Shown: positions 12,127 through 25,374 of the stretch, one piece after another
Numbering within the stretch: the stretch's first letter is position 1
Layout: every line of letters starts with the position of its first letter
Assembly: GCF_018977255.1 (NCBI RefSeq)
Contig: NW_024704742.1
Span: forward strand, 68,946,001-69,010,000
Reading direction: 5' to 3'
From: Callorhinchus milii
Taxonomy: Eukaryota
Length of the DNA stretch: 64,000 bases
Translations under genes and position numbers: made by a program
The notes under the pieces: generated by a model
What the model saw: the letters and a program-made list of their open reading frames with translations, nothing else
Database searches by the model: none
Told to the model about the DNA's origin: nothing

Positions 12127-12489
12127 GTAATATAATAATCCGTACATTTGATATAGTGCTTTATCACATCTTCGAGATGTCTCAAAGCGCTTCATAGTGA
12201 ATTGACTATATTTTATGGGCAAAATGTGGCAGCCAATTGCGCACAGCAGTGTCCCACAAACACTCATGGATTGAAATGATCAATTCATTATTAATTACTT
12301 TTTTGATGGAATTATTAGCCCTGGAAAGCGATCCGCTAATTGACTATCCAAACCAGGTTCCTACTTACTGTTAGGTAAACAGAGTCGTATGGAGTAAGGA
12401 AACCTGCCCAACATTTCTCCCTGCAGGGAATCGAACGTAAGTCTCTAAATTGCGAGACGAGTGCTATAACCACTGAGCTATAGGACTCC
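12127..12489 (-). mobile_element. SINE family A inserted in a CR1 3' tail
   Basis: Full head, body and tail; CR1 tail sequence at 12040-12123 resumes at about 12570. Confidence 0.8.
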
Positions 12490-13234
12490 AACATTCATTG
12501 TGGAGTCCTGTTACGTATTGGTTAGAGCACTTGCCTTGCAAGTGAGAGGATGTAGGGGTAGTCTTGATGCAGCACTCCAGCATCAAGCTGTGTTTTAAAA
12601 AATAATTCCCAGTGTCCTAGCCTCAATCACCTTTCCTGGCAACCTATTCCAGTCGTTAATTACTCTCTATGTAAAGCAAAACTTCCTGGTATCTCACCTG
12701 AAATTGCTCCTTTCCAACTCTAAACCTGTGTCCTCTTATTCTACTATCTTGATGTATTAATAATAATAATACTTGCATTTGATATAGCGCCTTCTCACGT
12801 CGTTGAGACATCTCAAAACGCTTCACAGAATATACTGTAAAGTGGATCGACTGTGTATTTTGTGGACGAAACATATAGTGCCCTTCACACCAGATAGGAT
12901 CTTTCAGCAATGTTAAGACATAACATGGGCTCGCAGGCTAAGGTTGAAGGGAACCCTGAGCATTAAATGCATCACATTGGCTTTGGCTTGCTATTTCCAA
13001 GTCCCCTGGTGATTCTGGTACCACGAAACATTCACGCTCCCATCTTACAAATGAACTAAATGTCAAATGATGTCTGGCAGGGTTAATGGCCAGTAACATC
13101 ACATTAATAATACAGGACTCTTCCCCGCAGAGGCAGATGAGATGCCACCAGATCGATGGAACGTTCATGGCACAGAGTTTGCATCGATTCGCTGCTTGAG
13201 TTTAAGTTCTAATTTTATCTAACTGTTCTAACTG

Positions 13235-15442
13235 CTCATTATGGGCGATTTCAACCTCCACCTAAATTCCCTTTCCACCACATCTTCTGACTTCACTGCC
13301 CTCCTCTCCTTCCTAAACCTCACCCTTCACATTAATTCACCGACTGACAACCATGGCCATGCCCTCGACCTCCTCATCACCCACGGCCTTGACGTTTCCG
13401 ACCTGAGCATAATGGACCAGACTATCTCGGTCCACTTCCTCATCTCCTTCTCCTCTCACATCCCTCTCTCCTCCACCAAGCCCTCAACCATACTCTACCG
13501 CCCGTGGAAAAGGCTATCACACATCCCCCAATATCCTATCCCACTGGCTTTCCACTCGCAGAGATCCTGAAGCAGCCGTCCAACTGCTCCATGATCGCCT
13601 CTCCTCCACTTTCAACTCCCTCGTCCCCCTGAAATCCAAGACCATCTCCAAACCTATCCAATCCCCCTGGTATAACAGTCATCTCCGCTCCCTAAAAACC
13701 CAAACCTGGCTGCTCGAGCGCTAATGGCAGAAAACTGGCCTGACAGTTCACCCCCAGCTGTGGCTTGAGCATCTCCACAGCTATCGCCGTTCTTTGACGT
13801 GTGCAAAAACGGTCTTCTACTCTAACATCATCTTGGAGGCAAAAACAATCCTAGAACCCTTTTTTCCACCACCCACTACCTCCTCCGTGCACCCCCTCAG
13901 GCCTCCTCAATCTTTACATCTAATGCCAAATGAGAGGAGGTCATGGACTTCTTTTCAACCAAAAAATATAATATCCTCCAAGTAGCTTCATCCTCCTGCC
14001 TCTTGTCACCTAGCATCCCCTCTCCGTCCCCCTCACCCTCCCCATCATCAGCTCATACCATGACCCCCATCCTATATTCCTTCCTCCCCATCTCTCCTTC
14101 CTCCCTCTCACCCACTATCACTTCAATAAAACCCACCACCTGCTGCCTCGATCCCTGCCTCACCAAAGTCACAAACGACATCCTCTCTATCTGTGACCAA
14201 GGCTCCCTCTGCCTCCGTGTCCTCCTGGACCTCTCCACTGCGTTCGACACAGTCTCCACCGCCTTTCCTCCGTATTCAACCTCAGTGGGTCCGCACTCGC
14301 CTGGTTCGAGTCCTACCTCACGAATCGCCAGCAGTACATCTCCACAAACGGCTTTTCCTCCCGCTCTCACCCGGTTACCTGTGGTGTATCCCAAGGATCC
14401 ATCCTTGGCCCCCTCCTCTTCCTAATCTATACACTCCCTCTTGGGAATGTCATCCACAGACATGGGGTACACTTCTACATGTATGCGGACGAAACCCAAC
14501 TCTATTTTTTTACCTCACTTTCCGTCCCCCAGTCCCCTGATGTTCTGTCAGCCTGCCCGTCAGACATCCAGAAGCTGGATGAGCGTGAATTTCCTTCAGC
14601 TAAATGTTGACAAGACGGAAGCCATACTCTTTGGCTCTCGTCAACGTCTTAAATCGCATGGTTCTCACCTCCTCCACCTATCCGACCTCCCCCTAAAACT
14701 CTCTGAACCCATACGCAATTTAGGCATCAGGTTCAACCCCCAATTATCCTTCCACTCCCACATCCGATCCCTCACCAGCACCGCTTTCATCCACCTCCGA
14801 TCCATCACCCGTATCCGCCAATACATCACTCCAAATGCCGCCGAAACTCTGGTCCATGCCTTTGTCACCTCTCGGCTGGACTATTCAAATGCTCTCCTCG
14901 CCGGCCTCCCCTCTGCTACCATCCATAAAATCCAAGTCATCCAGAACCCTGACCCCAGTATTCTTACCCGCACCAAACTCCACTCGCCGATTACCCCAGT
15001 CCTTGCCAGACTGCACTGGCTGCCTGTCCCAGAGAGGATTGACTTCAAGATCCTCACTATTGTCTTCAAATTCCTCCACTCCTCTGCAACCCCCTACTTC
15101 TTTGACCTCCTCTCTCCTCACAACAGTGCTCTTTGCCTTTGCTCCACCAGGTCTGGCCTCCTCCTTGTCCCCCGAGTCCTCCGTTCCACCATCGGTGGCT
15201 GTGCCCTCAGCCACTACGTCCCAAGACTCTGGAATTCCCTTCCTCACTCCCTTCGCCTCGCCCCCACTCTTCCTATTTTCAGGTCTCGGCTGAAGACCTT
15301 TCTTTTCTACCGCGCCTTTGGTCATCTTCTTCCCCCTCACCCTGGTTCAGCCCCGGGATCCGTTACTGTGAAGTGCTCTGAGACACCGTCTGGCGTGGAG
15401 GACGGTATATAAATCCAAGTTGTTGTTGTTGTTGTTGTTGTT
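13235..15442 (+). mobile_element. L2 LINE, 5'-truncated, degenerate ORF2 (APE endonuclease + reverse transcriptase)
   Basis: GDFNLH and GHALDL (APE), LLDLSTAFDTV, TATGCGGACGAA (YADD-like), NFLQLNVDKTE, HAFVTSRLDYSN, LHWLPV, LWNSLP; frameshifts, stops and internal deletions; (TTG)n tail 15419-15442. Confidence 0.92.
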
Positions 15443-15529
15443 ATCACTCACGCACACAACACAGTATCATTTGTTGATTGAGTTTTGTATCATTGTTTAA
15501 GCCTTGTACTCTCTACATCCTGGCATTAA

Positions 15530-15898
15530 TATGCACCTTATCACAAAACATCTCAAAGGGCTTCATAGGATATACTGTGAAGTTCAGAGGCTGTATTTGT
15601 AGGTGTGCATCTAACTTGCACACAGCAGTGTCCCACAAAACAGCCATGAAGTGAGAGACCAATTTTATCTGTGGGATTGTTGGCCAGGACCCCGGGAGAA
15701 AGACACTCTCTTCTTTTTTCGAATAGTGCCTGAACAGGACAGATAAGGACTCGGTTTAACATCTCATCTTAAGGGCAGCACCTGTGACAATGCTGTGCTC
15801 CCCTAGCGCTTCTCTGACTACATGAGTCCTGACTTGCAGCTTGAACACGCAACCTTCTGACTCAGAGATGAGGATATTACCAACTGAGCCAGGCTGAC
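15530..15898 (-). mobile_element. DeuSINE family B
   Basis: Ends in CAACTGAGCCAGGCTGAC (reverse complement of the head). Confidence 0.8.
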
Positions 15899-16582
15899 AA
15901 TGCTTCAAGATTACATTTAATTCTTTACACAAGACACGTAGGAGTAGGCAAGCATGTCACTGCTGTTCAAACTTAACTCTAAAGATGTTCTTGTTGCAGA
16001 TACCTTATTGTTCCCAAGGCATCTCATGTTAAGTCAAGTTAATTAAATAAAGAGTTATTATATATTGTAGTAAACTAAACTACCTTGTTATATTTATTTG
16101 CGTTACCCTGCATTTGACTGCAAAGATAATCATGCACCATTACAGTCTCACTGGGTCTGCAGTTAACAGCTGCTTTGATTCCGGCAATCTGTTGGATAAT
16201 GCCTGAATTAACAACTGGATTCAAAGTAGGTTCCTCCCCACGGAGACTGGAAGCTTTGCGGCTCTTTATACTCATCAGCTACAAGCCTCCTGTCATTGCA
16301 GGTCAGAAGATCACAAGTTTAGGCTTGGACAGCTTTGTCTCAGTCACTAGCACTTTTACTCCAGGCTACACCTCTGAGCTACACAATACAATTTGTATTC
16401 AGATCCCCCCACCCCAAGCTTTGGTTCTTAGCAAACTGCATCTGATACTGTCCAGAATCTGTTACGCAGGGTGTGTCCCTCCGGGGACACAGTGCACATT
16501 TCATTCCAGACACGGGAATTTCCATGCACAGGTGACAATACATGGAACTATCAGTCTGGTTCGGATACTCTTAAACCCCATA

Positions 16583-16890
16583 TAATAATAATCCTTGCAT
16601 TTGATATGGCGCTTTTCACGTCGGGAGGACGTCCCAAAGCGCTTCACAGAACATACTGTAAAGTGAATTGACTGTATATTTGTGGGTGAATGCGGCAGCC
16701 AATTACGCACAGCAATGTCCCACAAACAGCCGTAGATTGAAAATGAACAATTTATTATTGTTTTTGGTTTTGGAGGGATTATTATTAGGCGTGTGGAGTA
16801 AGGAAACTTGCCCAAGGTTTTGCCCTGCCTGGAATTGAACTCAGGTCTCTCGCTTGCAAAGCGAGTGCTCAAACCACTGAGCTACTGGAC
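16583..16890 (-). mobile_element. SINE family A, young internally deleted subfamily
   Basis: Near-identical to 22655-22966 and 62430-62758; CpGs retained. Confidence 0.9.
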
Positions 16891-17249
16891 TATGTTTTTA
16901 AAGCGCTTTTCGCACCAATTGAGCTGAGGGGACGGGGTAACTGAAGGTGGTGAGCAGAGGGACCAGGGGGTGAGGTGGGGGATTGATGACCAAAAGCCCA
17001 GTTGAAGAGGTAAATCTTAATAATAATAATCATTTGTCCTTTGCCATCAGTGGGACGTCCCAAGCCACTTCACTATAAATTGCTGTAAAGTAAGAACATA
17101 AGAACATAAGAATTTGTTAGGCGAAAGAAGACCAAGATCCACCAAGTTCACCTTCCACCATTCTGGCAGTCACTTGATATGTAGTGTCCCAAATTATGTA
17201 TTGTATCCCAGGATATTAATAAGAAAAAATTAATAAGGAAATGTGGAGT

Positions 17250-17725
17250 GACATAGCAGCCAATTTACCTACAGCGATGTCCCACAAATAATAATAATCC
17301 TTGCATTTGATATAGCGCTTTTCACGTCGGGAGAACGTCCCAAAGCGCTTCACAGAACACACTGTAAAGTGAATTGACTGTATATTTGTGGGCGAACGCG
17401 GCAGCCAATTGCGCACAGCAATGTCCCACAAACAGTCGTAGATTGAAAATGACCAGCCATGGAGTGAGTGACCAATTTTATTTTGGGGGAATGTTGACCA
17501 GGACACCGGGAGGAACTCCCTTCTCTTTCTGAATATTATAATGGGATCTTTAACTTCATCCTGCACAGGCCTTAGTTTAACGTCTCATCCAAAGGACAGC
17601 ATTTCCAACAATGCACCCCCAGCACTGCACTGAAGTATCAGCTTAGACTATGCGGGTCCTGTCATGGGCCTTGAACCCACAACCTTCTGACTCAGAGGTG
17701 ATAGTGCTACTAAGTGAGCCAAGGC
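17250..17725 (-). mobile_element. DeuSINE family B with nested young family-A 3' half (17287-17452)
   Basis: Family B sequence is interrupted at GTCCCACAAA by a tail nearly identical to 16583-16745. Confidence 0.75.
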
Positions 17726-18994
17726 TTTAATAGTGGTCCAATGTAGAGAGATGGGATGAGGTCCAAGAAAGCAATGCAGAATGTCTGAAAACCCGTCCAC
17801 TGCTGATGGGGCAGATTGGGTGGAAGGGACATATGGAAAATTGGGGAAATGAACCGATGGCGCATTGAGGATTGGGGGCAGGAAAGGGGGCATTTGGGGG
17901 ATGGTAGCTTGAGTCAGGATGGCAGCCAAAATGCACACACTGAGACTAGGAACAGTTGATCAGAGAGTCAGCAGGGCATGGTCTGCTGGCTGGCAGGGTG
18001 GGGGGCAGTGGGAGGGGGACTTAGGAGAGCAGCTCAGGGGAATGATAAAGTCTGGAGCGCTAGGAACAGCGCACATTATACAAGAAAACAACAGCAGCAA
18101 CAACACAAATGTGGTTTCTAGGTTTGTGGGTAAAATTAATACTTCTTAAAAAAGATAATAAAATTAGCTGATGGTTTTGAAAACTTGTGCGTGGAAATGA
18201 CATCAACCAGTTTTGGCCATTAGTTCAGGCAGGAGATTTGATTGGAACAAAAATTTAAACTTTTGTAAATATTAAGTTCAACCCACATTTACCCACAGAC
18301 ATAGTCACTACACTTGACAGCAATCTCCTGTGAAGCACTTGGTACATTTACATAATAATAATAATAACCCTGCCATTCGATATAGCGCCTTTCACATCAG
18401 GAGGACACCTCAAACCGCAATTCACCATAAAGTGTAGTGACTGTGTATTTTGTTACAGATACAAAATTAAATGGAAGGTTTGTTAAGTATCACCCAGTGT
18501 TAATTACCGACACGGATTCTTAATTTCCTACAAACATACAGGCACACAGAGTTAATGATAGCTACAGGTTCTCAATTACAGAAACATCCACACTGTTAAC
18601 TGTAGACACTATCTTTCACTTACCGACACACTGTTTAATCACATACGCACCATTGTGGTAATTGCACATGCAGAGAGATGTTCAGATCAATATTGTTCAT
18701 TGTTGACATACACGTTTTCTCACATGCACACATTACAGGACTGCTGTACGCATACTAAATAAAGAGAAAATCAGCCTTCCAGTCCAGCATATTTCATAAT
18801 AATCCGTATATCTGATATCTTTCACAACCACTTCACAGTATACACTTTTAAAATATAGTAACTATGTATTTAGGAATCCCACAGCATAGTGGTTAGCATG
18901 CTGGCCTCACAAGCGAAGATACTCGGATTTGATTCCTGAGCAGGGTGAAACCTTAGGTAAATTTCCTTATTCCACACGCCTCTGTTTATCTGTT

Positions 18995-19562
18995 TGCAGG
19001 TTCCACTGTGCGAACTCCCTCCTTGTCGGACTTCCCAACTCTTCTGTCCACAAGCTTCAGATCATCCAGAACTCTGCAGCTCATGTCTCCTCCCGCACCA
19101 GATTCTATGACCCTTTCACCCCAAACCTCACCTCCATTCTCCATCCCACAGAGGATAGAGTTCAAAATCTTCATCCTCGCCTTCAATGCCTCCACGGCCT
19201 TGCCCCCTCCCTACTTCTGTGAACTGCTAACCCCATATCAATCTATCTGCTCCCTCCGCTCAGCAGGCTCCAGCCTGCTCCACATCTCCCGCCTGGGCTG
19301 CCCCACCATTGGCAGTCGGGCCTTCAGCCTCTCTGTCCCTCCCTTTGGAACCCCATCCTACATTTATTCCCTCCTTTTCCTCCTTAAAGGCATGATCAAG
19401 ATCCTCCGCTGCACCTGCATCTTCGGGTACCCACCCACCCTCCCTGACCTCTATCCCTTCTGATCCCAACTCCCTGCTCGGATCCAAATCTCTGACTGTC
19501 CAGCACTTGGGGACGTCCTTTCAACATGAAAGGCGCTTTATAAATGTAATTTGTTGTTGTGC
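18995..19562 (+). mobile_element. L2 LINE 3' fragment
   Basis: [47 protein letters not shown]; (TTG)n tail. Confidence 0.85.
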
Positions 19563-20659
19563 TGCTGTTGTTTTCGGACACTGCTGTGCATAATTGACTG
19601 CCACGTTTCATCCACAAATTACACAGTTAATTTACAATCTATTCTGTGAAGCGCTTTGAACAACGTAATATTATTATTTATTATTACTGTAATTTCTAGG
19701 CAAATGCAGCAGTCAGTTTGCAAACTGAATGTCCCACAAACAGCTATGAAGTGAATAACTAATTTTATCTGGGGAATTGTTGGCCAGGACTCTATGAAGA
19801 GAAACCTCCTTCACTTTTTGAGTAGCGCCTCAAGATCATTAACCTTTAGTTAACTGGATAGGAGACTGAAGGATGGCACCTCCAAAAATGTGGGACTCTG
19901 CCCACCCAGTACTGTATTGGAGCATCAGCCTGGACTGTGAGCTCAAATCTGATGAACAAACATGGTTGAAAAAGTTTTGAACCCGAGGGATGTGCTTTGT
20001 GTTGAGCCGTATACCAACCATTCACTGCTGCCAGAGACCCGGTTACAAAGAATTATTTCTGCTTTGGTGAAAGATAAAGTGCTGAGGGGCAGACAGCATG
20101 AAGGAGGAAGAGAGACTTACAGATCGCAGCAGATTAAGGCAATGATCCATGACATTGCTCATGAAAGCCGGTGACGGGAGTTCAGGTCAGAGCCAGGCAC
20201 CAGATGGTAACAGTGGCTTTTTGCTGTTGATTGTCAGACATCAAACAGAATGCAAAATGTATTCCACTAAAAGTCTCCATCATAAACTCTCGCTGCACTC
20301 TCAAGGAGCGCTCTCTGTTTGCAGGTACAGGCAGCATTATTAAAGAATACGTCAGCCTGGCTCAGCTGGTAGCACTCTCGCTTCTGGTTCAAAGGTGGCA
20401 GTAATAATAATAATCCTTATAATTGAAATACATTTATTTTTGAAGGGATTATTACCCCCGGAAAGTGATCCACCAATCGACTAACAACCAGGTTCCTACT
20501 TATTGCTAGGTAAATAGAGGCTTATGGAATAAGGAAACTTGTCTAACGTTTCGTCCTGCCCAGGAATCAAACCCAGGTACTCTCGCTTGCGAGGCGAGTG
20601 CTCTAATCAATTCGCAGAGGGACTTAGAGCTCATTATTGAGGCTGACACTCCAGAGCAG

Positions 20660-21053
20660 TACCTTTCAAAGCCTCCACAGTCTTGCTCCTCCCTACCTCT
20701 GTGACCTGCTAATTCCATACCACAGCCTGTGCACTTCCTCTGCTCAGCGGGGTCTGTCCTGCTTCACGTTCTCCGCCTCGCTCGCCCCACCATTGGAGGG
20801 TGGGCCATCTGCCACTCTGCCCCCACCCTCTGGAACTCCATCCCACAGTCCCTCCACCTTGCCACCTCCCTTGCCTCCTTCAAGACCCATCTCAAGACCC
20901 TCCTCTTCGACCGTGCTTTCGATCTCCCTGCTTCCATCCCTGCCCTCCACCCTCCCCCACCCCCAGCTCGGATCCGAAACTCTGACTATCCAGCTCCTTG
21001 GGTCCTCCCGATGTGAAAGGTGCTTTACATACGTAATTTTGTTGTTGTTGTTA
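20660..21053 (+). mobile_element. L2 LINE 3' fragment
   Basis: IGGWAICHSAPTLWNSIPQSLHLATSLASFKTHLKTLLFDRAF; (TTG)n tail. Confidence 0.85.
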
Positions 21054-21544
21054 TACCTGGAAGGAGAAAGTGCTTAATTTCTGGGTTGGAGGTGCCATCA
21101 CCAGATTAGACATTACTCCTGATACTCTCGCACTCCTTCACCAGCCTCCCTCAGCTGGAGTACAAAGCTACCATCTGTGTTCTTTGACAGCTGTGCATTA
21201 AAACAAGAAAAATTCTGTTTGATTTAGGCTGGATGCTCATGTACTTTGAAACAGTCCTGCCACATGTTTGACCTGTTATTCACCCACACACTATGATTGA
21301 GCTCCCAGCAGTTACAATTCAGTCCTGTAACAGAGGAGTTTCCTTAAGGCCAGTGTTAAGGAGGTGGGTTCTGCAGCTAAGAGCTGAGGCAGAAGCCATA
21401 GATACTTGTCTTTCCATCCCCCATCACAGAATCAACCTGTGTTTTTAAACAAGACCAGTGACCTGACCTCAACCCCGCTCTTGTCAACCCTGTTGCAGTT
21501 GTCAATTACCCTCTGGGTGAAGAAATACTTCCTGGTTTCATTGG

Positions 21545-21900
21545 AACCTGTTGGCCATTCAGTCCCTCGAGCCTGTTCCGCCAATGAATTAGATCATGGC
21601 TGATCTGTACCTCAACTCCAATTACCTGCCTTGGCCCTAAATCCCTTGATACCCTGATCTAACAAAAATCTATCGACCTCAGTTTTAAAAATTTGAATGG
21701 ATCCAGCAACACAGCCTTTTTCAGGCAAGAGTTCTAGATTTCCGCTACCTTTTCTGTCCTGAAATTAGCTTTTATGACTCTAAATTTGTCTTCTCTTGTT
21801 CTACTGTCTCGGTGCATCCTAAAATATTGTTCTGGGTTTACTTTTTCAATCCTGTTTAAAATGTTATGCACCTTTATAAGATCCCCTATGATGTCTCCTT
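21545..21900 (-). mobile_element. CR1 LINE 3' fragments
   Basis: GDLIKVHNILNRIEKVNPEQYF...RTREDKFRV-type CR1 C-terminus and 3' UTR similar to 27860-28290. Confidence 0.7.
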
Positions 21901-22259
21901 TGAAGGCTGAACCGAAAGGGAATTGGATAGATTCTTGGAAAGGAGGAACATTAAAGAATGTAGGGAGTGAGTACTGGCCTGTCATGCAGTTTGCCTTAAG
22001 CAAATTGCATTAAAATTTAAGTTTGTGCAGAATTTTAGAAAGTTTTTAAATTCAGTCTTAGGGTAGAAATCTGTATTTCTTTTATACTGCGGAAAACCTC
22101 CTTGACAATCCCCTGAAAAAAGGAAAAAAAGGTGAAGAGGGAAATTAAAGTAGATGCATTCGAAGAGATTGGATCTGATACAAAAAATACATTTACTTGA
22201 AACATTTTACTGACTGAAGATAAATAAATATTCATAACAATTTTAAAGAGTATTACAAA

Positions 22260-22565
22260 AATAACAACAACTTGCATTTATATCGCATCCCAGAGCGTTT
22301 GACAGTGGTGGAACAGGACGCCTAGCCGAGGGAGGTGACCGTAGACACAGTTGAAGAGGAAGGTCTTCATGCATGACCTGAAGATCGGGAAGGAGGGGGT
22401 AAGGTGGAGGGATAGAGGGAGAGACTCCCAGAGATTGGGGGCGTAGCAGCTGAAAGTGCAGCCAACGATGGTGGAATGGAGAGCACAAAGGGCAAGCAGG
22501 CGACTGGAGCCAGTTGAGCAGAGGCAATGGGTAGTGGGATGGGATATAAGCAGGTCAAAAATCTT
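22260..22565 (-). mobile_element. L2 LINE 3' fragment
   Basis: STIVGCTFSCYAPNLWESLPLSLHLTPSFPIFRSCMKTFLF; tail. Confidence 0.8.
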
Positions 22566-22654
22566 GCAAATTGGGTACATGGTGGCTGCAATATTGAATG
22601 CATCCTTCAGATGTGTCTGGATGAGTTGAAGACTCGACAATATATCAAGCACCT

Positions 22655-22966
22655 TATAATAATAATAATAATCCTTGCATTTGATATGGCGCTTTTCACG
22701 TCGGGAGGAAGTCCCGAAGCGCTTCTCAGAATATACTGTAAAGTGAATTTGTGGGCGAACGCAGCAGCCAATTGCGCACAGCAATGTCCCACAAACAGTC
22801 GTAGATTGAAAATGAACAATTTATTATTGTTTTTTGGTTTTGGAGGGATTATTATTGGGTGTGTGGAGTAAGGAAACTTGCCCAAGGTTTCGCCCTCTGC
22901 CTGGATTTGAACTCAGGTCTCTCGCTTGCAAAGCGACTGCTCTAACCACTGAGCTACAGGACTCCA
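22655..22966 (-). mobile_element. SINE family A, young subfamily
   Basis: Head GTGGAGTCCTGTAGCTCAGTGGTTAGAGCAGTCGCTTTGCAAGCGAGAGACCTGAGTTCAAATCC (tRNA-Ala(TGC)-like); (ATT)n tail. Confidence 0.9.
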
Positions 22967-23040
22967 CAATGAACTTTATTTCCTCAATGTACTTTATTAT
23001 TTATTGCAAGTCAACTCTGAGTAGTTCACTTGCCTTTATA

Positions 23041-23398
23041 TAGTAAACTCCTGATAACTCATCACTCCAAAGGAAAAGGGCTCAGCGACTAGTTATCAGG
23101 AGTCTCATAGATTAAGTTCCCCTGAGCCACAAAGGGGCGCTCTTGGCTGAGATTGGACATGCCTGCTCAGATGCATCACAGAGGCCTCTGGTCTGCTGGA
23201 GGGATGCACTGTGGCCTCCCGTCCTATCCTGTCACGTGATAGGGTGGAAGGTGTGGTGGAGACCATGGTGTGGCCCTCCCATAGACCATAGACCTCGGTA
23301 ATTCATCTGAGCATGTGCCCAACCTAAGCCGAGTGCCCACACCAGTCACAAGATGGGGTGCGAGACGTCGTCATATAGGACGAGTTATCTGAAGTAAG
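23041..23398. mobile_element. Palindromic MITE, probably Tc1/mariner (Tigger/pogo-like)
   Basis: TA-flanked degenerate termini TAGTAAACTCCTGATAACTC / GAGTTATCTGAAGTAAG; subterminal 13-bp inverted repeat 23047-23059/23091-23103; internal foldback 23135-23338. Confidence 0.6.
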
Positions 23399-23984
23399 TA
23401 CTTACAAGAAATTTTAGAATGCGACTTGTTACATGTTAAATGAAGTGACAAGTGAAATGGAGTCCCTTATTAACATTTTGTATGGGAAGCGGCTGAGATA
23501 TTGACTACACGGCAGTGGTACTGACTAATTACATGAGTGTCTTGTTATGAAGAGTTTATGGTATGCATTTTGCCTCTATCTAATCCATTCCCTTCTTTGA
23601 AACAACCTACACTTTAGTAATTGTTGCCTGCGCTTTACTAGTGACACACACATCAGTCATTTCAGAGTTTGTGTGACATCGCTGTACGCAAATTGGCTGC
23701 CATGTTTGCCAGAATTACGTATTTGTAGCTAAGATCATCAAAAACTATTGAATGACAGAAAAAAAATATTTGACTGATCAATGTCACTCCTAATCAGCCA
23801 TTATTCCACCAAACACAAGCATGAACAATCTCCTTTGCCAGTCTTGATTTGGTAGTTTCTTATCTTTAGGGCAGAAGGTTGTGGATCCAAAGCCCATTTC
23901 ATGACTTGAGTTCCAGTCTAAGATAACATTACCATAATATTATTACTATTCCCACAATAATCTTTACATTCTATATTCTTAAAC

Positions 23985-24315
23985 AGAGGATCTGGGTTTG
24001 ATTCCCGGACGGGGCAAAACCTTAGGCAAGTTTCCTTACTCCACATGCCTCTGTTTACTAGTAGTAAGTAGGAACCCGGTTGTTAGTTGATTGGCGGATC
24101 GCTTTCCAGAGGTAATAATCCCTAAAACAAAACATTTGGTAACTCAATCCACAACTGTTTGTGGGATACTGCTGTGTTAAATTGGCTGCCGTATTTTGCC
24201 CACAAAGCAAACAGTCAATCTACTTTAAAATATATTTTGTGAAGCTCTTTGAGCTTTTCAATTTTGACATGTTAATGATGTGATAAGGTGCTATATTAAA
24301 TGCAAGAATTATTTT
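23985..24315 (+). mobile_element. SINE family A
   Basis: B box, body and tail colinear with the family. Confidence 0.8.
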
Positions 24316-25374
24316 TATGGTGATGGGTTTTCTCATGTGTCAAACATCCAGTAGCCCAAATAAGAAAATCAACCCCACTGCCTTATCTTAGTTAAGTTGC
24401 CATTATCCTTAATCCTCAATGAATCTTGAATGTAGAACTTTGATCAAACACCCTCTGAAAAGTATTGCACATTATAGCAAATCTGGGTTTAAATCGGGAA
24501 TAGAAACTATATAGGACATGGAATCCACGTAGTCTATGCTGACACTCCAATGTAATGCATTATTGAAGGCCCCAATCCTTCAAGCCTCTATCCTTCATAT
24601 ACCTGGCTACTACCCTCTTGGAACCCGCAATGGACACTGCCTCTACCCGTATACTTGGCAGACCGTTCCACATCCCCAAAACTCTCTGAGTGAAAAAAAA
24701 TGTTTCTTCACATTGACAGTCACTACACCTAATTATCTGTGAAGTACTTTTGGGGCATTTAGACCCATTAACATACTATAAAAGGCAAGTTCCTTGTCAT
24801 TTGCTTTCATTGGGCATCACATTCTGCTCTCAAGAGAGTTGTTAAATTGAATCAGTTAAATTACCATTATCCTTAATCCTCTGTGAATCTTAAGTGTTGA
24901 ACTTGTATCAAACACACTCCAGGGGCCTGCATTTCTATTGTCTACCAAACTGTGCAAGAGATCTGAATCCAATCCTCTGGAATAGGGACTAAATGGGACT
25001 CGTAACTCCTATCATCCATGCTGACACTCTAGCGCAAGACTGGGTGTGTGCCACATTTCGCCCACAAAATATACAGTCAATTCACTTCACAGTATATTTT
25101 GTGAAACGCTTTGAGACGTCTAGAAGATGTGATAATGCCCTATAACAAGGATTATTATTATTGTTGTCCTTTGGATGAGAGATTCAACAGAGTCCTGCCT
25201 GCCTATCCAAGTAAACATTGTGACACTGGTCAAAAAGAGAAGGGAGTTTCTCCCAGTTTCTTGGCCAACAACCCCAAATTAAATTGGTCACTCACTTCAT
25301 GGCTGTTTGTGTGCAAATTGGCTGCTGCGTTTGCCTACAAAATACATTGACACACCAGTTTACAGCGTATTCTG

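Noticed and set aside
14441..15412. 323-aa ORF as a host gene
   Set aside because: C-terminal part of a decayed L2 ORF2.
22035..22150. Strong - strand splice acceptor at 22112 (GIVKEVFRSIKEIQISTLRLNLKTF*)
   Set aside because: No donor or partner exon identified; the pyrimidine tract may be simple low-complexity sequence.
22895..22966. tRNA-Ala(TGC)-like sequence (also at 16820-16890, 62690-62758 and others)
   Set aside because: No proper acceptor stem or terminator; continues directly into a SINE body.
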